Below, piece by piece: positions 52,548 to 63,054 of a stretch of DNA of 64,000 bases (position 1 is its first letter; the number at the start of each line of letters is the position of its first letter). Origin of the DNA: a virus; the IMG/VR virus record IMGVR_UViG_3300009157_000018, positions 1 through 64,000 of that record, one strand, 5' to 3'. The position numbers and the translations under genes were made by a program. A model generated the notes under the pieces. The model was not told the origin of the DNA. It worked only from the letters and a program-made list of their open reading frames with translations, and did not search any database.

Positions 52548-55500
52548 CTATCTTCTTCTTCGTCCAGTTATTGCCGTCCGAAGTCGATTGCCAGTTTGAC
52601 TTCCACGCAACCTAGCTATTCCATCGCCCACGACCCGAGAGCGACTTACCGAAGTTTCCAAGATTGATCCCAGCGTAGTGATGTTCTCACCAGATCGGAA
52701 TACCAATCTGAGCACCGTATCCGTAATAGAAAACGATTCAAGGGTTTCTCTAAACAGAGAAACCTGGCGCTCTGCACTTTCCACAAACGCAAGGGTCTCG
52801 GTCGCAAATCTCTGGATCGCAAGAGGGAAGCCCTCAACGAATTCACTGAACGAGATAGCGTCTACGGCATCTCGGGCAAAGCCCGCGAATCGCACTATTG
52901 AATCTGTTAGGCCGAGCGCATCCGTAGTTGAGCGTACCAAAGTAGAAACACGTTCGGCAGTGTCAGCCAGGCTGAGTGAATCCGAAATGGCTCTAAGCAG
53001 AGTCACTGATCGAGAAACAGTATCGCTAAGCCCCAGGGCATCTGATACAGATCGGAGAATAACCCGGAAACCATCGACCGATTCTGAGAAGGAGATAGAA
53101 TCGACCGTCGTTCTCATAGCGGTCAATGCTCTGGCAACGATATCTACAAGAGACACCGTATCAGTCGTAGTTCTGACCAGACTCACAAGCCGAGTTACCG
53201 AATCAGCCAAGGCCAAAGCATCGGTCGCGAATCTCTGAACAACAGCGAGTGCTGCTTCGACTACTTCAGAGAAGGAGATAGCATCAGATACATCCCTAAA
53301 GAATGATCCCACTCTGGTTGCTGCATCAGCGAATGAAAGACTGTCAATCGTTGAGCGTACCGAAGTCAGAACTCTGACAGACATATCAGCCAAAGTCAGC
53401 GAATCTGTGGTTATTCGGAACAGTGAGGCTATTCTGGTCGAAACATCAGCCAAGCCAAGAGCGTCGGCTACTGTTCTCACAGCCGTCTTAATCTGTGTTG
53501 CTACATCGGCCAGTGACAGTGTGTCGATTGTAGATCGAACAAAGTTGCTTACTCTGGTCGCAGTATCGGTCAGGTTGAGAGCATCAACGGTAGACCGCAA
53601 AATAACCCGGAGACCTATCGCAACATCCGCAAATGTAATCGAGTCAGCTACAGTACGGAATAGGCTAACAGTTCGCGTAACTACATCTGCAAGTCCAAGC
53701 GCGTCCGAAGCACTCCGCAGGAAGGTACCCGTTCGCGTGACCACATCGGCCAAAGTCAGCGCGTCAGTAATGCTGCGGATAAATGTGCCTGTTCGGGTTG
53801 CTGTATCCGAGAAGGTTATGGAGTCAATCGCCGCTCGAACTTTAGCCTCGATATCCGAGACAACTTCCGAGAAGGTAAGTTGATCGGAAATATCACGAAG
53901 GAAGGTACCCGTCCTGGTAGCAGCGTCAATTGAGCTCAGTGCATCAGCAGCAGATCGCAAGATAGCTCGAATAGCCTCTGCCGTATCTGCCAGTGAGAGT
54001 GAATCAGTGGTCGTTCGAATTGCTGTAAGAACTCGCACTGCTGCATCGGAAAGCGTAAGACTGTCCGCAACACTTCTTATAAAGGTGCCAACTCTGGTTG
54101 CTGCATCAGTGAGCGTAAGGGAAGCTACTGTCGTCCGTACAACACTTTTGATTCGATTGGCAACATCTGCCAGCGTCAGGCTGTCAGACACAGCTCTCAG
54201 GAAAGTACCTGTTCGAGTAACAACATCCGAGAATGACAATGCGTCGGTGGTTGTTCGAACTGCTGCCTTGATCCTGGTAACTGCGTCCGCTAAAGTCAGC
54301 GAATCTGTGGTTGCCCTGATAAATGTTCCTACTCTAGCCGCAGCGTCAGAAAGAAACAAGGCATCAACCGTTGATCTGATAAGAATCCGAGTTCCAGTTG
54401 CAACATCGGCCAGATTCAAGGAATCTGAAACAGCCCGAATAAAGGTGCCGGTTCTAGTAACAGCATCGGCTAGTGCAATGGCATCAATCGCGGTTCTCAC
54501 CGCACTCCTGATCCGAGTTGCTACATCCGTCAGAGTTAGTCCATCGGCTATTGATCGAAGGAATGTCCCAGTTCGCGTAACAGTATCATTAAGTGATAAT
54601 GCGTCAGTGACAGAGCGAACTGCGCCTTTCGAGCGAGTGGCCACATCGGCTAGGGTAAGTCCCTGTGTAATACTTCGTAAGAATGTACCGGTGCGGCTGG
54701 CCACATCGCTCAGAGTCAGAGCATCAGTGACTATTCGGGCTAAAATCTTTGTACTCGTCGCAGCGTCGCCCAAGGTCAACCCTTGTGCGATTGCCCGGAT
54801 AAAGGTGCCAACACGCGCTGCGACTTCAGCCAGATTAAGCGTATCAGTAATACTACGAACAAACCCGCCGGAACGGGATGCCCCAGCAGATGGACCTGTG
54901 AAGCCTGTGTTGTAATGTTCTAGTATCTGGGTCGGGGTCAGGACGGTATCGTAGATCGCTATTTCATCGAGAGAGCCGGGGAACCACGAGGTTCCACCGG
55001 TCCCCGTGTTGCCGATAGCGAGTTGGGCACCCGCAGCGTCGGCAAGCGTCTGGTCCCCGATGTAGGCTGTGACGTCGGTACCGTCTTTGTAGATCAGCGT
55101 ATTGCCGCTGCCAGTTCCGTTGTAAGTGGCAACAAAGTGGTGCCAGTTTCCGGTATCGGTGGTCGTGCCCGATTCGGTGGCGATCTGGGCCACGCCCGCC
55201 TTGGCGAAGAAGAACTTGTCGCCAGTCCCGAAGCCGACCGCGTAGGCGTTGGTGCCCCGGTAAAGGATAAACCGGAGGGCGGCGGTGTCTGCAGAGAGGT
55301 TGGCCCAGCACTCAACGCTCAACGGCCCGTTGCCGAAGTCCATCGAAGCGTGGCCGGTAATTCGGAACTGCTCCGTCGATCCGTCGAATGCGATGGCCGT
55401 GTCCGCGTCGCCCGCTAAAGCTCCAGTCTGACTATAGGTGGGCGTCCCATCCGTGAACGCCGCGTGGTTGGTGCCCGCCGAGTCCTGGGGAAGCCCGGAT

Positions 55501-55691
55501 GCTTCGCCCATGCGCCAGTAGGAGACGGGTGAGTCGGCTATAACCACAGCACTATATGAACCACTTGCCCCATCATTGAGCGTGAGGGCATCAATAGCCG
55601 TGCGGATAATTGCCTCAACACCATTGGCGGCAGGATAAACAGAGGGCCGACGCTGTTGCGGTTGTGGAGGTCTACGAAATAGGCCAGGCAT
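52548..55691 (-). CDS. virion fibre-like protein: LamG/concanavalin domain plus ~36 tandem 20-aa repeats
   Basis: SYWRMGE...WHHFVATY...GSLDEIAIY; repeat RSITDALTLADVATRTGTFL. Confidence 0.85.
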   Translation of the reverse strand: MPGLFRRPPQPQQRRPSVYPAANGVEAIIRTAIDALTLNDGASGSYSAVVIADSPVSYWRMGEASGLPQDSAGTNHAAFTDGTPTYSQTGALAGDADTAIAFDGSTEQFRITGHASMDFGNGPLSVECWANLSADTAALRFILYRGTNAYAVGFGTGDKFFFAKAGVAQIATESGTTTDTGNWHHFVATYNGTGSGNTLIYKDGTDVTAYIGDQTLADAAGAQLAIGNTGTGGTSWFPGSLDEIAIYDTVLTPTQILEHYNTGFTGPSAGASRSGGFVRSITDTLNLAEVAARVGTFIRAIAQGLTLGDAATSTKILARIVTDALTLSDVASRTGTFLRSITQGLTLADVATRSKGAVRSVTDALSLNDTVTRTGTFLRSIADGLTLTDVATRIRSAVRTAIDAIALADAVTRTGTFIRAVSDSLNLADVATGTRILIRSTVDALFLSDAAARVGTFIRATTDSLTLADAVTRIKAAVRTTTDALSFSDVVTRTGTFLRAVSDSLTLADVANRIKSVVRTTVASLTLTDAATRVGTFIRSVADSLTLSDAAVRVLTAIRTTTDSLSLADTAEAIRAILRSAADALSSIDAATRTGTFLRDISDQLTFSEVVSDIEAKVRAAIDSITFSDTATRTGTFIRSITDALTLADVVTRTGTFLRSASDALGLADVVTRTVSLFRTVADSITFADVAIGLRVILRSTVDALNLTDTATRVSNFVRSTIDTLSLADVATQIKTAVRTVADALGLADVSTRIASLFRITTDSLTLADMSVRVLTSVRSTIDSLSFADAATRVGSFFRDVSDAISFSEVVEAALAVVQRFATDALALADSVTRLVSLVRTTTDTVSLVDIVARALTAMRTTVDSISFSESVDGFRVILRSVSDALGLSDTVSRSVTLLRAISDSLSLADTAERVSTLVRSTTDALGLTDSIVRFAGFARDAVDAISFSEFVEGFPLAIQRFATETLAFVESAERQVSLFRETLESFSITDTVLRLVFRSGENITTLGSILETSVSRSRVVGDGIARLRGSQTGNRLRTAITGRRRR
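52670..54860 (-). repeat. degenerate 60-bp coding tandem repeat
   Basis: 20-aa unit R-S/T-x-x-D-A/S-L-x-L-x-D-x-x-x-R. Confidence 0.85.
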
Positions 55692-55702
55692 GACCTAGCC
55701 TC

Positions 55703-56188
55703 TTAGTTCAGTTCGTGGTAGGTGATCCCAGCGGACCAGTTGGCCAACGCAGCTGGCGTACCGACGATTTTTAGAACGATGGCTGTATCTGCCGGAAGGC
55801 GGATTCGTTCCTCCGGGGTAGGCACCCACAGCCAACCGTTCAGGTTATTAAAACCATCATAAATAATTGGAGTGACAGCACCGGCACCTTCTGCCGAAGC
55901 ATCTGTACCAGCCGTACCTTCAGCACCAGCCGTACCACCGACAATACCGGAAGCACGGCCACCAAGGAAGTGTCCGACCGGGGTCGTGCTGGTATAGGTC
56001 CCAAACGCGGTCACTTTGGTCCCGAGGATGATGCCAAGTTGATCACTGGTCACACTATCCTGTTGGCCGACCCATGCGCGTAGAATCTCGATGTTCGACC
56101 CGCCCGTGGCCAGCGTGGAATCGGTATGGATGATAACCAAGGTAGCATCCGCGACAATTGTTTGGTTTTGCATTGTAACTGAGTACAT
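55703..56188 (-). CDS. virion structural protein
   Basis: Thr/Gly-rich beta protein, GWLWVPTPEERI. Confidence 0.6.
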   Translation of the reverse strand: MYSVTMQNQTIVADATLVIIHTDSTLATGGSNIEILRAWVGQQDSVTSDQLGIILGTKVTAFGTYTSTTPVGHFLGGRASGIVGGTAGAEGTAGTDASAEGAGAVTPIIYDGFNNLNGWLWVPTPEERIRLPADTAIVLKIVGTPAALANWSAGITYHELN

Positions 56189-56197
56189 TAACGACTC

Positions 56198-56875
56198 CTA
56201 GTGGGCGAGGATTTGGGGATAGAGCGAGAAGCGTGGTACGCGTTCTGAGGCGACGACCACCGGAAGTACGGCCACCGTATATGCTCGCCATGCCAACGAC
56301 TGATCGGTGTTGAACGCATCAGGGTCCGAGGAGAACACTCCCGTTCGATTCGCCGCAGCCACCGAACTGTTGGTTGCGGGGGTCCCTCCGATTCCAGTCG
56401 TCTTTTGGACTAAGCCGCTGTATCCGCTGGGTGCAGCGTTGCACCAGGTGTCGTCATCGGCCTCCTCGCCAGCCTGATAGAATGTCGAGAAAAACCTACA
56501 CTCCGATCCCCCAGCAGAAGGAACCAGATTCCCCGAATCAGGACCCGTGGATGTACCCGTTGTGACGGTGGCGAACTCGGGCGGGGTAGAAAAGTCTTGG
56601 AGGTTGTAGGCGATCGCACACGCCTTGGAAGACGTGATCGTTATAGCGACATTCCCACCCTCGGACCCAACTAGCTCCTTGTAGAGGATGTGGAAGTTGG
56701 CGTTGATGTTTGTCAAGTTAACGAAGCTGTCACCGGGCGAGATTGTGCCAGCCACCGATAGCGATAGGAAGATGAGGACCAGATCGCCCGTGGTCTGGGT
56801 GAACGTCGGGGTGGCCGTTGTTCCCGCCGTGGTCAGGGCGTATTCCGTGGTGGCCACGATAGACGGGGCAGCCAT
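56198..56875 (-). CDS. virion structural protein
   Basis: Thr/Ser-rich, GDLVLIFL motif. Confidence 0.6.
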   Translation of the reverse strand: MAAPSIVATTEYALTTAGTTATPTFTQTTGDLVLIFLSLSVAGTISPGDSFVNLTNINANFHILYKELVGSEGGNVAITITSSKACAIAYNLQDFSTPPEFATVTTGTSTGPDSGNLVPSAGGSECRFFSTFYQAGEEADDDTWCNAAPSGYSGLVQKTTGIGGTPATNSSVAAANRTGVFSSDPDAFNTDQSLAWRAYTVAVLPVVVASERVPRFSLYPQILAH

Positions 56876-57433
56876 CTACATCGTCCAGTCTTGCGGTGGG
56901 CACACTCCCTGAATCCAGGACGGTGATCCCGCACCATGCACGTCCACGCTGAACGCCACATCTCGCGCATCGCGCCCAGTGTTGGTCAGCGTCACCGTCC
57001 ATGTTCCGCTAGTTAAAATACCAGGAGCGTAGAGGCTTAATGGACGAAGAGCGCAGCGCCAGAATAGATCACGGCCCTGCCGATCCATTCGGAAGTAGGC
57101 TGGATATACTGTCCCGGCTGGTGAAGTTGCCGTCAGGAGCAGTGGGCCGCCTCGGTAGGCATCGCTGTATAGGAAGCCTCCGGTACCCGGCGATCGTCCG
57201 TCAAGAGCGAGATCGCACCAGCGCAACATGACGCTGAACGATTCGCCAGGTGCTAGAGAACCCTTCCACGTTCGATCGTGAATCCAGTCCTCGTGGTAAC
57301 AGGTAGATAACCCACCGATGGGCTGAATCTTATGTTCATCGACAAGGAATAGGCCAGACTGGGGCTTGCCCGCCGCTACCGGGGCAGCCACAAGCAGGCC
57401 GACCAGCAGAGCCAAGATCAAGCGCTTAATCAT
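56876..57433 (-). CDS. secreted protein (signal peptide)
   Basis: MIKRLILALLVGLLVAAPVAA; C-terminal GTWTVTL beta-sandwich. Confidence 0.65.
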   Translation of the reverse strand: MIKRLILALLVGLLVAAPVAAGKPQSGLFLVDEHKIQPIGGLSTCYHEDWIHDRTWKGSLAPGESFSVMLRWCDLALDGRSPGTGGFLYSDAYRGGPLLLTATSPAGTVYPAYFRMDRQGRDLFWRCALRPLSLYAPGILTSGTWTVTLTNTGRDARDVAFSVDVHGAGSPSWIQGVCPPQDWTM

Positions 57434-57495
57434 TTCATATATCTCCATTGTGGTGTTGGGGGGATAAATCCCCCCATTCACCACTTAGGCTACCC

Positions 57496-58299
57496 TTATG
57501 ACAGGGTTACGGTGTCGGTTACCTGGAGAGTATCGCCGTTGATCACATTGGCGTCAGCGTTCAGCACGGTCTCGAAGACCATGATGCCCGTTGCGGTCAG
57601 CGTGCTCGCGGTGAACAGTCCCATCTTGTGGATGGCCGGGAAGGTAGCCGTAATTGAGTACGACTTCTGCAATGTAAAGGTCGCAGTACCCGGCGTATGG
57701 GCATAGGTAGCTAACTGTCGGTTCGCACCGCCAGTCGTAATCTCGCCCGTAAGTGCCGTATCCGTAGCGGATGCTGCACCAGCGTTTTCAGTCAGCGCCA
57801 TGTAACGAGGACGAACGGTCGGATAGATCGCGTAGTTCGCGGTCGCACCCGGAGTCGTTCCAGCTGAGTCGTCAGCATTCTTCCAAGCATCAATGGTCAG
57901 AACCGTACCAGTGTTCGACCCAATGTTGCCATAGACCGGTGTGTTCGTAGTCTCTTCAGCAATGACTGTCCAGCCCTTGAAGCGATCAGTCGTCCAAGCT
58001 TCGCCAGTATCGGTAAGGCTGGTTGCAGATGAACCGGTTGCCACATTAGCACCGTTGTTCACACCTGCTGCCCCTAGGCCGTCCGCAACGAGGTCGCGAC
58101 CGGTATTGGTAAGTAGGTTGTGGCTAATTCCCAAGTCGGTAAAGGTGTCATCAGCATGAAAGATGATGGCACTGACTTCATTGGGTCCTAACCGAAATGA
58201 TTGTTCGACAGTTCGACCGCGAACAATAGAAAGCATAGCCGAATCCGACAGAGTTACCACCTCTAGTTGAGGCTTCGGCCGTGGCTTAAGAAAATTCAT
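57496..58299 (-). CDS. virion structural protein
   Basis: HNLLTNTGRD...DTALTGE...GDTLQVT; follows capsid gene. Confidence 0.7.
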   Translation of the reverse strand: MNFLKPRPKPQLEVVTLSDSAMLSIVRGRTVEQSFRLGPNEVSAIIFHADDTFTDLGISHNLLTNTGRDLVADGLGAAGVNNGANVATGSSATSLTDTGEAWTTDRFKGWTVIAEETTNTPVYGNIGSNTGTVLTIDAWKNADDSAGTTPGATANYAIYPTVRPRYMALTENAGAASATDTALTGEITTGGANRQLATYAHTPGTATFTLQKSYSITATFPAIHKMGLFTASTLTATGIMVFETVLNADANVINGDTLQVTDTVTLS

Positions 58300-58347
58300 A
58301 TCCTTTTTTCTCCTGTACCATCACCAAAGGATGGACTCTGTAGAAAC

Positions 58348-58389
58348 AAAATAGAGGGGCCGACCCCGGAAGATCGGGACCGGCCCCTC
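58348..58389 (-). terminator. terminator after major capsid gene
   Basis: GAGGGGCCGGTCCCG..CGGGGTCGGCCCCTC-TATTTT. Confidence 0.8.
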
Positions 58390-58415
58390 GGGGTAATCGC
58401 TAAGTCCTAATTGGT

Positions 58416-59444
58416 TTATGCAACCGTTAGGACAAACGACCAGTCTGGGTGGAAGATGCGAGGCAGAACAGCACAGGCAACTCGGATGTACTCGCGAGTT
58501 GGGTCTGGCATTGTCCAGTTCTCAGCACCAATTCCCTCAACTACTGTGCCGTCAGCAAGCAAGTGAGGAACAAAGGCCATCTCACCGTACTTCTCCCCGC
58601 CATCGGTAGCACCGACAACGAACAACACCTTGTTGTTCGGCAAGAAGTACTGGAAGGTCCCTGCCCAGTTCACGTCTTCCTTGTAACCCTCGTCATAATT
58701 AACAATACGAATATTGCTGATGACAGAGGTAACGTGCTCAGACTTGACTAGATCGTTCGCGCCTTCAACATATCGGAACTCCTGTCTTAGGAGATCGTGA
58801 GCATCAAGGAGATTGTGCGTATTGCTATTCATATACGCAACCTTGATTCGACGCCCAGTGTCTTCACGAACCTTCTTCAAGGCATTCGCGAAGTCAGCGC
58901 GAGCTGTAGCCGTAGTTGGAGCATCCCACTTTGCTGTGCTTGTAAGCGTTACAAACTGGGTAACTGGCACTCCGAAACTGATCTTGAAGGTCAAAAGCTG
59001 GCCATCAATAGTGTCAGAGTAGTTGATTTCACCGGTCAAGGCAGCATCCCACCGCATCTTTTCAAGACGCGTTTCAACATTGCCGCGCATGCGGGCTAGT
59101 TGACGAGTGATGCCAGCTCGGCCAATTCGGGCCTCTCGCTCGCCAGGCTGGCGAAGGAAGAGGATATCGGCCTCCGAAATAGCGTACTTCTGTCGGATAT
59201 CGACAGCCTCGGCGCTCAGTCGATCAATCCCAGGATGCTTAACAAGCGGGGACTGAGCGTCATAAGCAACGAGCGGTGCGATATTTCGGCCACCAAGCTC
59301 AACTTCCCACTGCACTTCGCGAGTAGGAGAAGAACCGTTTGGCAGAAGCTGATCACCAACCAAATCGCCAGTTGGGCGAAGGTTGCTAACCAGATCGGTT
59401 AGAACGACGCTTCGGAGGAAGGGGATTTCGTTATATAGACCCAT
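58416..59444 (-). CDS. major capsid protein (lambda gpE-like family)
   Basis: IAPLVAYDAQSP, RLEKMRWDAALTG, KWD, YDEGY, FLPNNKV. Confidence 0.9.
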   Translation of the reverse strand: MGLYNEIPFLRSVVLTDLVSNLRPTGDLVGDQLLPNGSSPTREVQWEVELGGRNIAPLVAYDAQSPLVKHPGIDRLSAEAVDIRQKYAISEADILFLRQPGEREARIGRAGITRQLARMRGNVETRLEKMRWDAALTGEINYSDTIDGQLLTFKISFGVPVTQFVTLTSTAKWDAPTTATARADFANALKKVREDTGRRIKVAYMNSNTHNLLDAHDLLRQEFRYVEGANDLVKSEHVTSVISNIRIVNYDEGYKEDVNWAGTFQYFLPNNKVLFVVGATDGGEKYGEMAFVPHLLADGTVVEGIGAENWTMPDPTREYIRVACAVLPRIFHPDWSFVLTVA

Positions 59445-59459
59445 TTCTCATTCCTCCGA

Positions 59460-59810
59460 CTAAACGATCACGAAGTGTTCAGAAAGTTCCACTCGTGCAG
59501 CATCGTCGATGCCGATAAGTGAACCAGACCGTACCACTCCCATGACCTGCATTGATCCCAGATGATCGCCATCTGAAGCATCAACGCGCTCAAATAGAAT
59601 TCCTTTTGCCGTCTCAGTTCCGTCGCTAGCGCCACCGGCATAGATAGTGTACTTACCTGAGGCAGTTACCTTACCTAGAACAGTACCACCAGAAAGGACA
59701 GTGCTTGAGCTCACGATAGTTACCGAGAACAGCGAGTCCAATCCATGGTCGTTGACATAGTACGGAAGCGCGGGACGAGCGGAATCTTCTAATGCAGCAT
59801 TAATAGGCAT
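59460..59810 (-). CDS. head decoration protein
   Basis: GTVLGKVTASGKY...DGTETAKGILF. Confidence 0.88.
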   Translation of the reverse strand: MPINAALEDSARPALPYYVNDHGLDSLFSVTIVSSSTVLSGGTVLGKVTASGKYTIYAGGASDGTETAKGILFERVDASDGDHLGSMQVMGVVRSGSLIGIDDAARVELSEHFVIV

Positions 59811-59813
59811 AGA

Positions 59814-60968
59814 TTATTCCTTCTTGTCTACTGGTGGCGGAAATGCTTCCAAGGCTTCCTGCCGCCATTTTGGAAGATTGTCACGAACGACCGCCTCGTC
59901 CACATCAATTTCGTCTTCCGTTGGCTCCACCTCGGCATCAGAAGCGATTCCCTGTGCAGGGGTAACTGCGGAAAGGAGAATTTGCTTCATCGCCTGGTAT
60001 GCATCATCATCGAGGTTGGACAGCATCTTGGTGTAAGCCTCGCGCTGGGTCTCGGTGGTTGGTGCAATTTTTTCTAGTTCCGAAAGTCGCTCGGAAACAC
60101 GCTTATCTGATTCTAGTTGTGCTTTTTCAGCAGCAACCTGGGCAGAAAGCTCCTCGTACATCGCCTTCCAGTCTTCCTGGCTGTCAGCGGGTTGCTTATC
60201 AGAAGCCTCTTCCGCAGACTCGGCAACAATTGGTATCGGCATATTTGCCTCCCCGTTGTCAGTATCATTCCGCGATACATCGGCTTCCGATGAACTCTCA
60301 AATGAGTTCCACAATAAACTATCACTTACAGTGCCATTAGTACTATCAGTAGTAGTTGTAATGACAAAGTTTGTGACTGCATCGTTCGTCGTAGCCACGG
60401 TCATCGGCTGTATAGACGGCATGGCCGCGAGTGTTGCCACATCTTCGTCATACGCCTCTGCCAACGCGAGTACTCGATTGCGAGGATCAGCCCCCTTGGA
60501 CACGATGCCCAATCCAGAAAACACACCATCCTTTGGAGTGATATGAACCCCTTCTTCGGACTCCTCTTCATCGAAGTCATCAATCATGAGTTCGACAGAG
60601 GTTTCAAGGGCTCCATCACCGAACAGTTCGACAACTTTGCGAACAGCCTCGGGATAGTAATGTCTCCACAATGCAGCGGTAGTCTGAATCTTCTCGGTTA
60701 ATGGATCGAAATTGGCTGAAGTAATCGACCCAATCACATTTTTACTGTGACCAGAAGCTTTCCCATCCAATAGCAAGATGTTGACTGGTTTCCCAATCAA
60801 CTCCTTTACATGCTTCGCCAAATATTCATTGGTGAAGTGGAGGATGTGACCCGTTGCTGTTTTATTGGTAACCCCGACACTCACCACATCAGCGACCATC
60901 GTGACCTCGGAAGGGTCCTTTGGATTCGCTAACGAGGCTTCGACGGGGAGGTTAAATCTTGTGTTCAC
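59814..60968 (-). CDS. prohead protease/scaffold
   Basis: GH...IG, TSVEL, FSGLGIV..GADP; acidic coiled-coil C-terminus. Confidence 0.8.
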   Translation of the reverse strand: MNTRFNLPVEASLANPKDPSEVTMVADVVSVGVTNKTATGHILHFTNEYLAKHVKELIGKPVNILLLDGKASGHSKNVIGSITSANFDPLTEKIQTTAALWRHYYPEAVRKVVELFGDGALETSVELMIDDFDEEESEEGVHITPKDGVFSGLGIVSKGADPRNRVLALAEAYDEDVATLAAMPSIQPMTVATTNDAVTNFVITTTTDSTNGTVSDSLLWNSFESSSEADVSRNDTDNGEANMPIPIVAESAEEASDKQPADSQEDWKAMYEELSAQVAAEKAQLESDKRVSERLSELEKIAPTTETQREAYTKMLSNLDDDAYQAMKQILLSAVTPAQGIASDAEVEPTEDEIDVDEAVVRDNLPKWRQEALEAFPPPVDKKE

Positions 60969-62656
60969 GATTGCTTCACCTTGGATTCTCGAATTTGACC
61001 GCCCCGTGAAGATCGGGACTTATCCTTTTGAGTATCAGGTCCCGTCCCAGACGACTTAGGCTTTTCAGCCCCAGCAGGAGGTCTTCCATCACCTGGCGTC
61101 CCCACTGTCTGTGAGAACGACGGTCGGATGGCAAAGACTTCCTCCAAACCGTCCTTCTTCTCGCGCTTGCGTCGAGAAAGTTCTCGTTCCGTGCTGGTGT
61201 TTGCCAGATCATGGAGAGTCTCGACCGAGAGAACACCACGATCGTACAAGCCCTGAGCGAAGGTTCGGAAGTTCGCGTCATCGTCAAGATCACGAGTCTG
61301 GAACAATGCGTACACATCGAAGTCCCAGCCATTTTCTTCAGCGATTCTTCTAAACCAGAAATTATTCTGGTCTTCGACTATATCGCGCCAGTAACCAAGT
61401 CGAGCTCGGTTGGCTGATACATCGAGCGAGCCAGAGTCCAAGTCTCCGGCACCACGGCTCTTGCTGTTAAGCGGGAATCCGAAGTGACCATAGATTTCAC
61501 TAACTGGCTGCCAGAATTTCTCAGACGAGTTCAGGATATCGGTCGGTGGAGTTACCACCTGAACCTTCACGCCGTCAGGAACAGCGTGGCTCTGGACTCG
61601 GCCACCTTCCATAAACTTCTGGACAATGGACCGCGACTTGCCTGGTGAGGTTCCTGGTGGGAATGTCCACACCAAGAGCAAATTCACCATGCCGTCTGCC
61701 ACCGACCAGTCAGCCAAGGACAACTTTCGCTTCATCGCGATGGCCGAGAAGATCGGCACTAAGGTTGGTGTTGGCCAACGCTTATTCTGGCGTAGCCGTA
61801 AGCTCGCGATATACGCGTCTTCTTGCGGCAGCTCGATTGCGAAACTACTCTGCAAGCGAGGAGCGGCCTCGAATTGGTTATCCGTCATAGACGATGACAG
61901 GAAGCTCAGATCAGTGACCAATCGCTTCCGAACATCAGGAATGATTTCGGTAATCCCATTCTTCCGGCGCTTGGTTATCGCCTCGGCTTGCTTGGCAGAT
62001 AATAAGTAATAATACTTTCGTTGCCCAGAAAACGGGTCAATGTAGGGAATAATCGCCTTTTGGTTCAGATTAACCAGGACGCGAGGCATCCGATACACTT
62101 TCCCATCGCACAAAACTGGTCCCCAGTTGGGAAGGGTATATGCAAAGCTGGTAAGAACCAAGTCCAACATCAATGAGCGATCATATTCTTGGAGACCACC
62201 AAAGATGCCGATAGATCGATTAACCTCGGTAACCCATTTATCTATCGCTTCGCGCTCAGAGACGCTCTCCTCTGGCATCTGAATCTCTTGAGCCGTGATC
62301 GATTGCTCGATATCGCGGTTGATAAGGGAGTGAACGAGCGGCTCCTGCTCGTAGTAGTCCTCAGACCACTCGACCCTGGTGTAATAGTCCGAAGGGACTG
62401 TGAGTCTAGGAGTTCGGTATCCCTCGGGTAGCGCCGAAGGCGTGACAAGTTTTCCATCTTTCCAACCTGCTACGGTAAGCAGGGCGTTAAGGCCCGGAGC
62501 AACTGCATCCCACTCGGACAACAGGTCCTTGACCTTTTCTTTATTCCCATTAAGATGCTCTGGAACTTGACTTGTAACCTGTACAGTTCCGTCATCCCCA
62601 AGGGTCGTAATAAGTTGTGCGCTCGTAACGTCGTCTTCCACGGCACCTATGCTCAC
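60965..62656 (-). CDS. portal protein
   Basis: 563 aa directly upstream of protease and capsid; YEQEPLVHSLIN; LYDRGVLSVET. Confidence 0.75.
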   Translation of the reverse strand: MSIGAVEDDVTSAQLITTLGDDGTVQVTSQVPEHLNGNKEKVKDLLSEWDAVAPGLNALLTVAGWKDGKLVTPSALPEGYRTPRLTVPSDYYTRVEWSEDYYEQEPLVHSLINRDIEQSITAQEIQMPEESVSEREAIDKWVTEVNRSIGIFGGLQEYDRSLMLDLVLTSFAYTLPNWGPVLCDGKVYRMPRVLVNLNQKAIIPYIDPFSGQRKYYYLLSAKQAEAITKRRKNGITEIIPDVRKRLVTDLSFLSSSMTDNQFEAAPRLQSSFAIELPQEDAYIASLRLRQNKRWPTPTLVPIFSAIAMKRKLSLADWSVADGMVNLLLVWTFPPGTSPGKSRSIVQKFMEGGRVQSHAVPDGVKVQVVTPPTDILNSSEKFWQPVSEIYGHFGFPLNSKSRGAGDLDSGSLDVSANRARLGYWRDIVEDQNNFWFRRIAEENGWDFDVYALFQTRDLDDDANFRTFAQGLYDRGVLSVETLHDLANTSTERELSRRKREKKDGLEEVFAIRPSFSQTVGTPGDGRPPAGAEKPKSSGTGPDTQKDKSRSSRGGQIRESKVKQS

Positions 62657-62817
62657 TAATCGTTATGCCGGATATAGTAACAATCCGGGCAGTATAGATG
62701 CCGGTCGGTCCCAATCATCAATCTCTGATGGTCAACAGGGCATCGAGGCTGTAGTTCCAAGAAGATGCCCACAAACAACAACACAAATGCTGCTGCTGTA
62801 AATATGATCATTTCCAT
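62656..62817 (-). CDS. small TM plus Zn-ribbon protein
   Basis: hydrophobic helix, then CPVD...CPDC. Confidence 0.5.
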   Translation of the reverse strand: MEMIIFTAAAFVLLFVGIFLELQPRCPVDHQRLMIGTDRHLYCPDCYYIRHND

Positions 62818-63044
62818 GGAAGGAACAACTGAACTGGAAGACACAGCACGCCGAACTTGATATCCCACACATACGCCATTTCTTGGTCTTGGTCAATATG
62901 CTTTAACTGAATGGGATATCCAGACGGAAGTCTCACACCAGATAAGTCTCGAAAGGCGCTTGCTTCATCAAGCTCTATCGGTCCTGCTGTCAACACAAAT
63001 CTTCCCACATTGGAAAGAGTCGGCCATAGACTAGATGCTGCCAT
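62808..63044 (-). CDS. hypothetical protein
   Basis: ORF in operon context. Confidence 0.5.
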   Translation of the reverse strand: MAASSLWPTLSNVGRFVLTAGPIELDEASAFRDLSGVRLPSGYPIQLKHIDQDQEMAYVWDIKFGVLCLPVQLFLPWK

Positions 63045-63054
63045 TATTCTCGGC

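Noticed and set aside
52678-54915. Long + strand ORFs opposite the repeat protein and tape measure gene
   Set aside because: These are antisense shadows of biased, repetitive codons, with no SD or recognisable domains.
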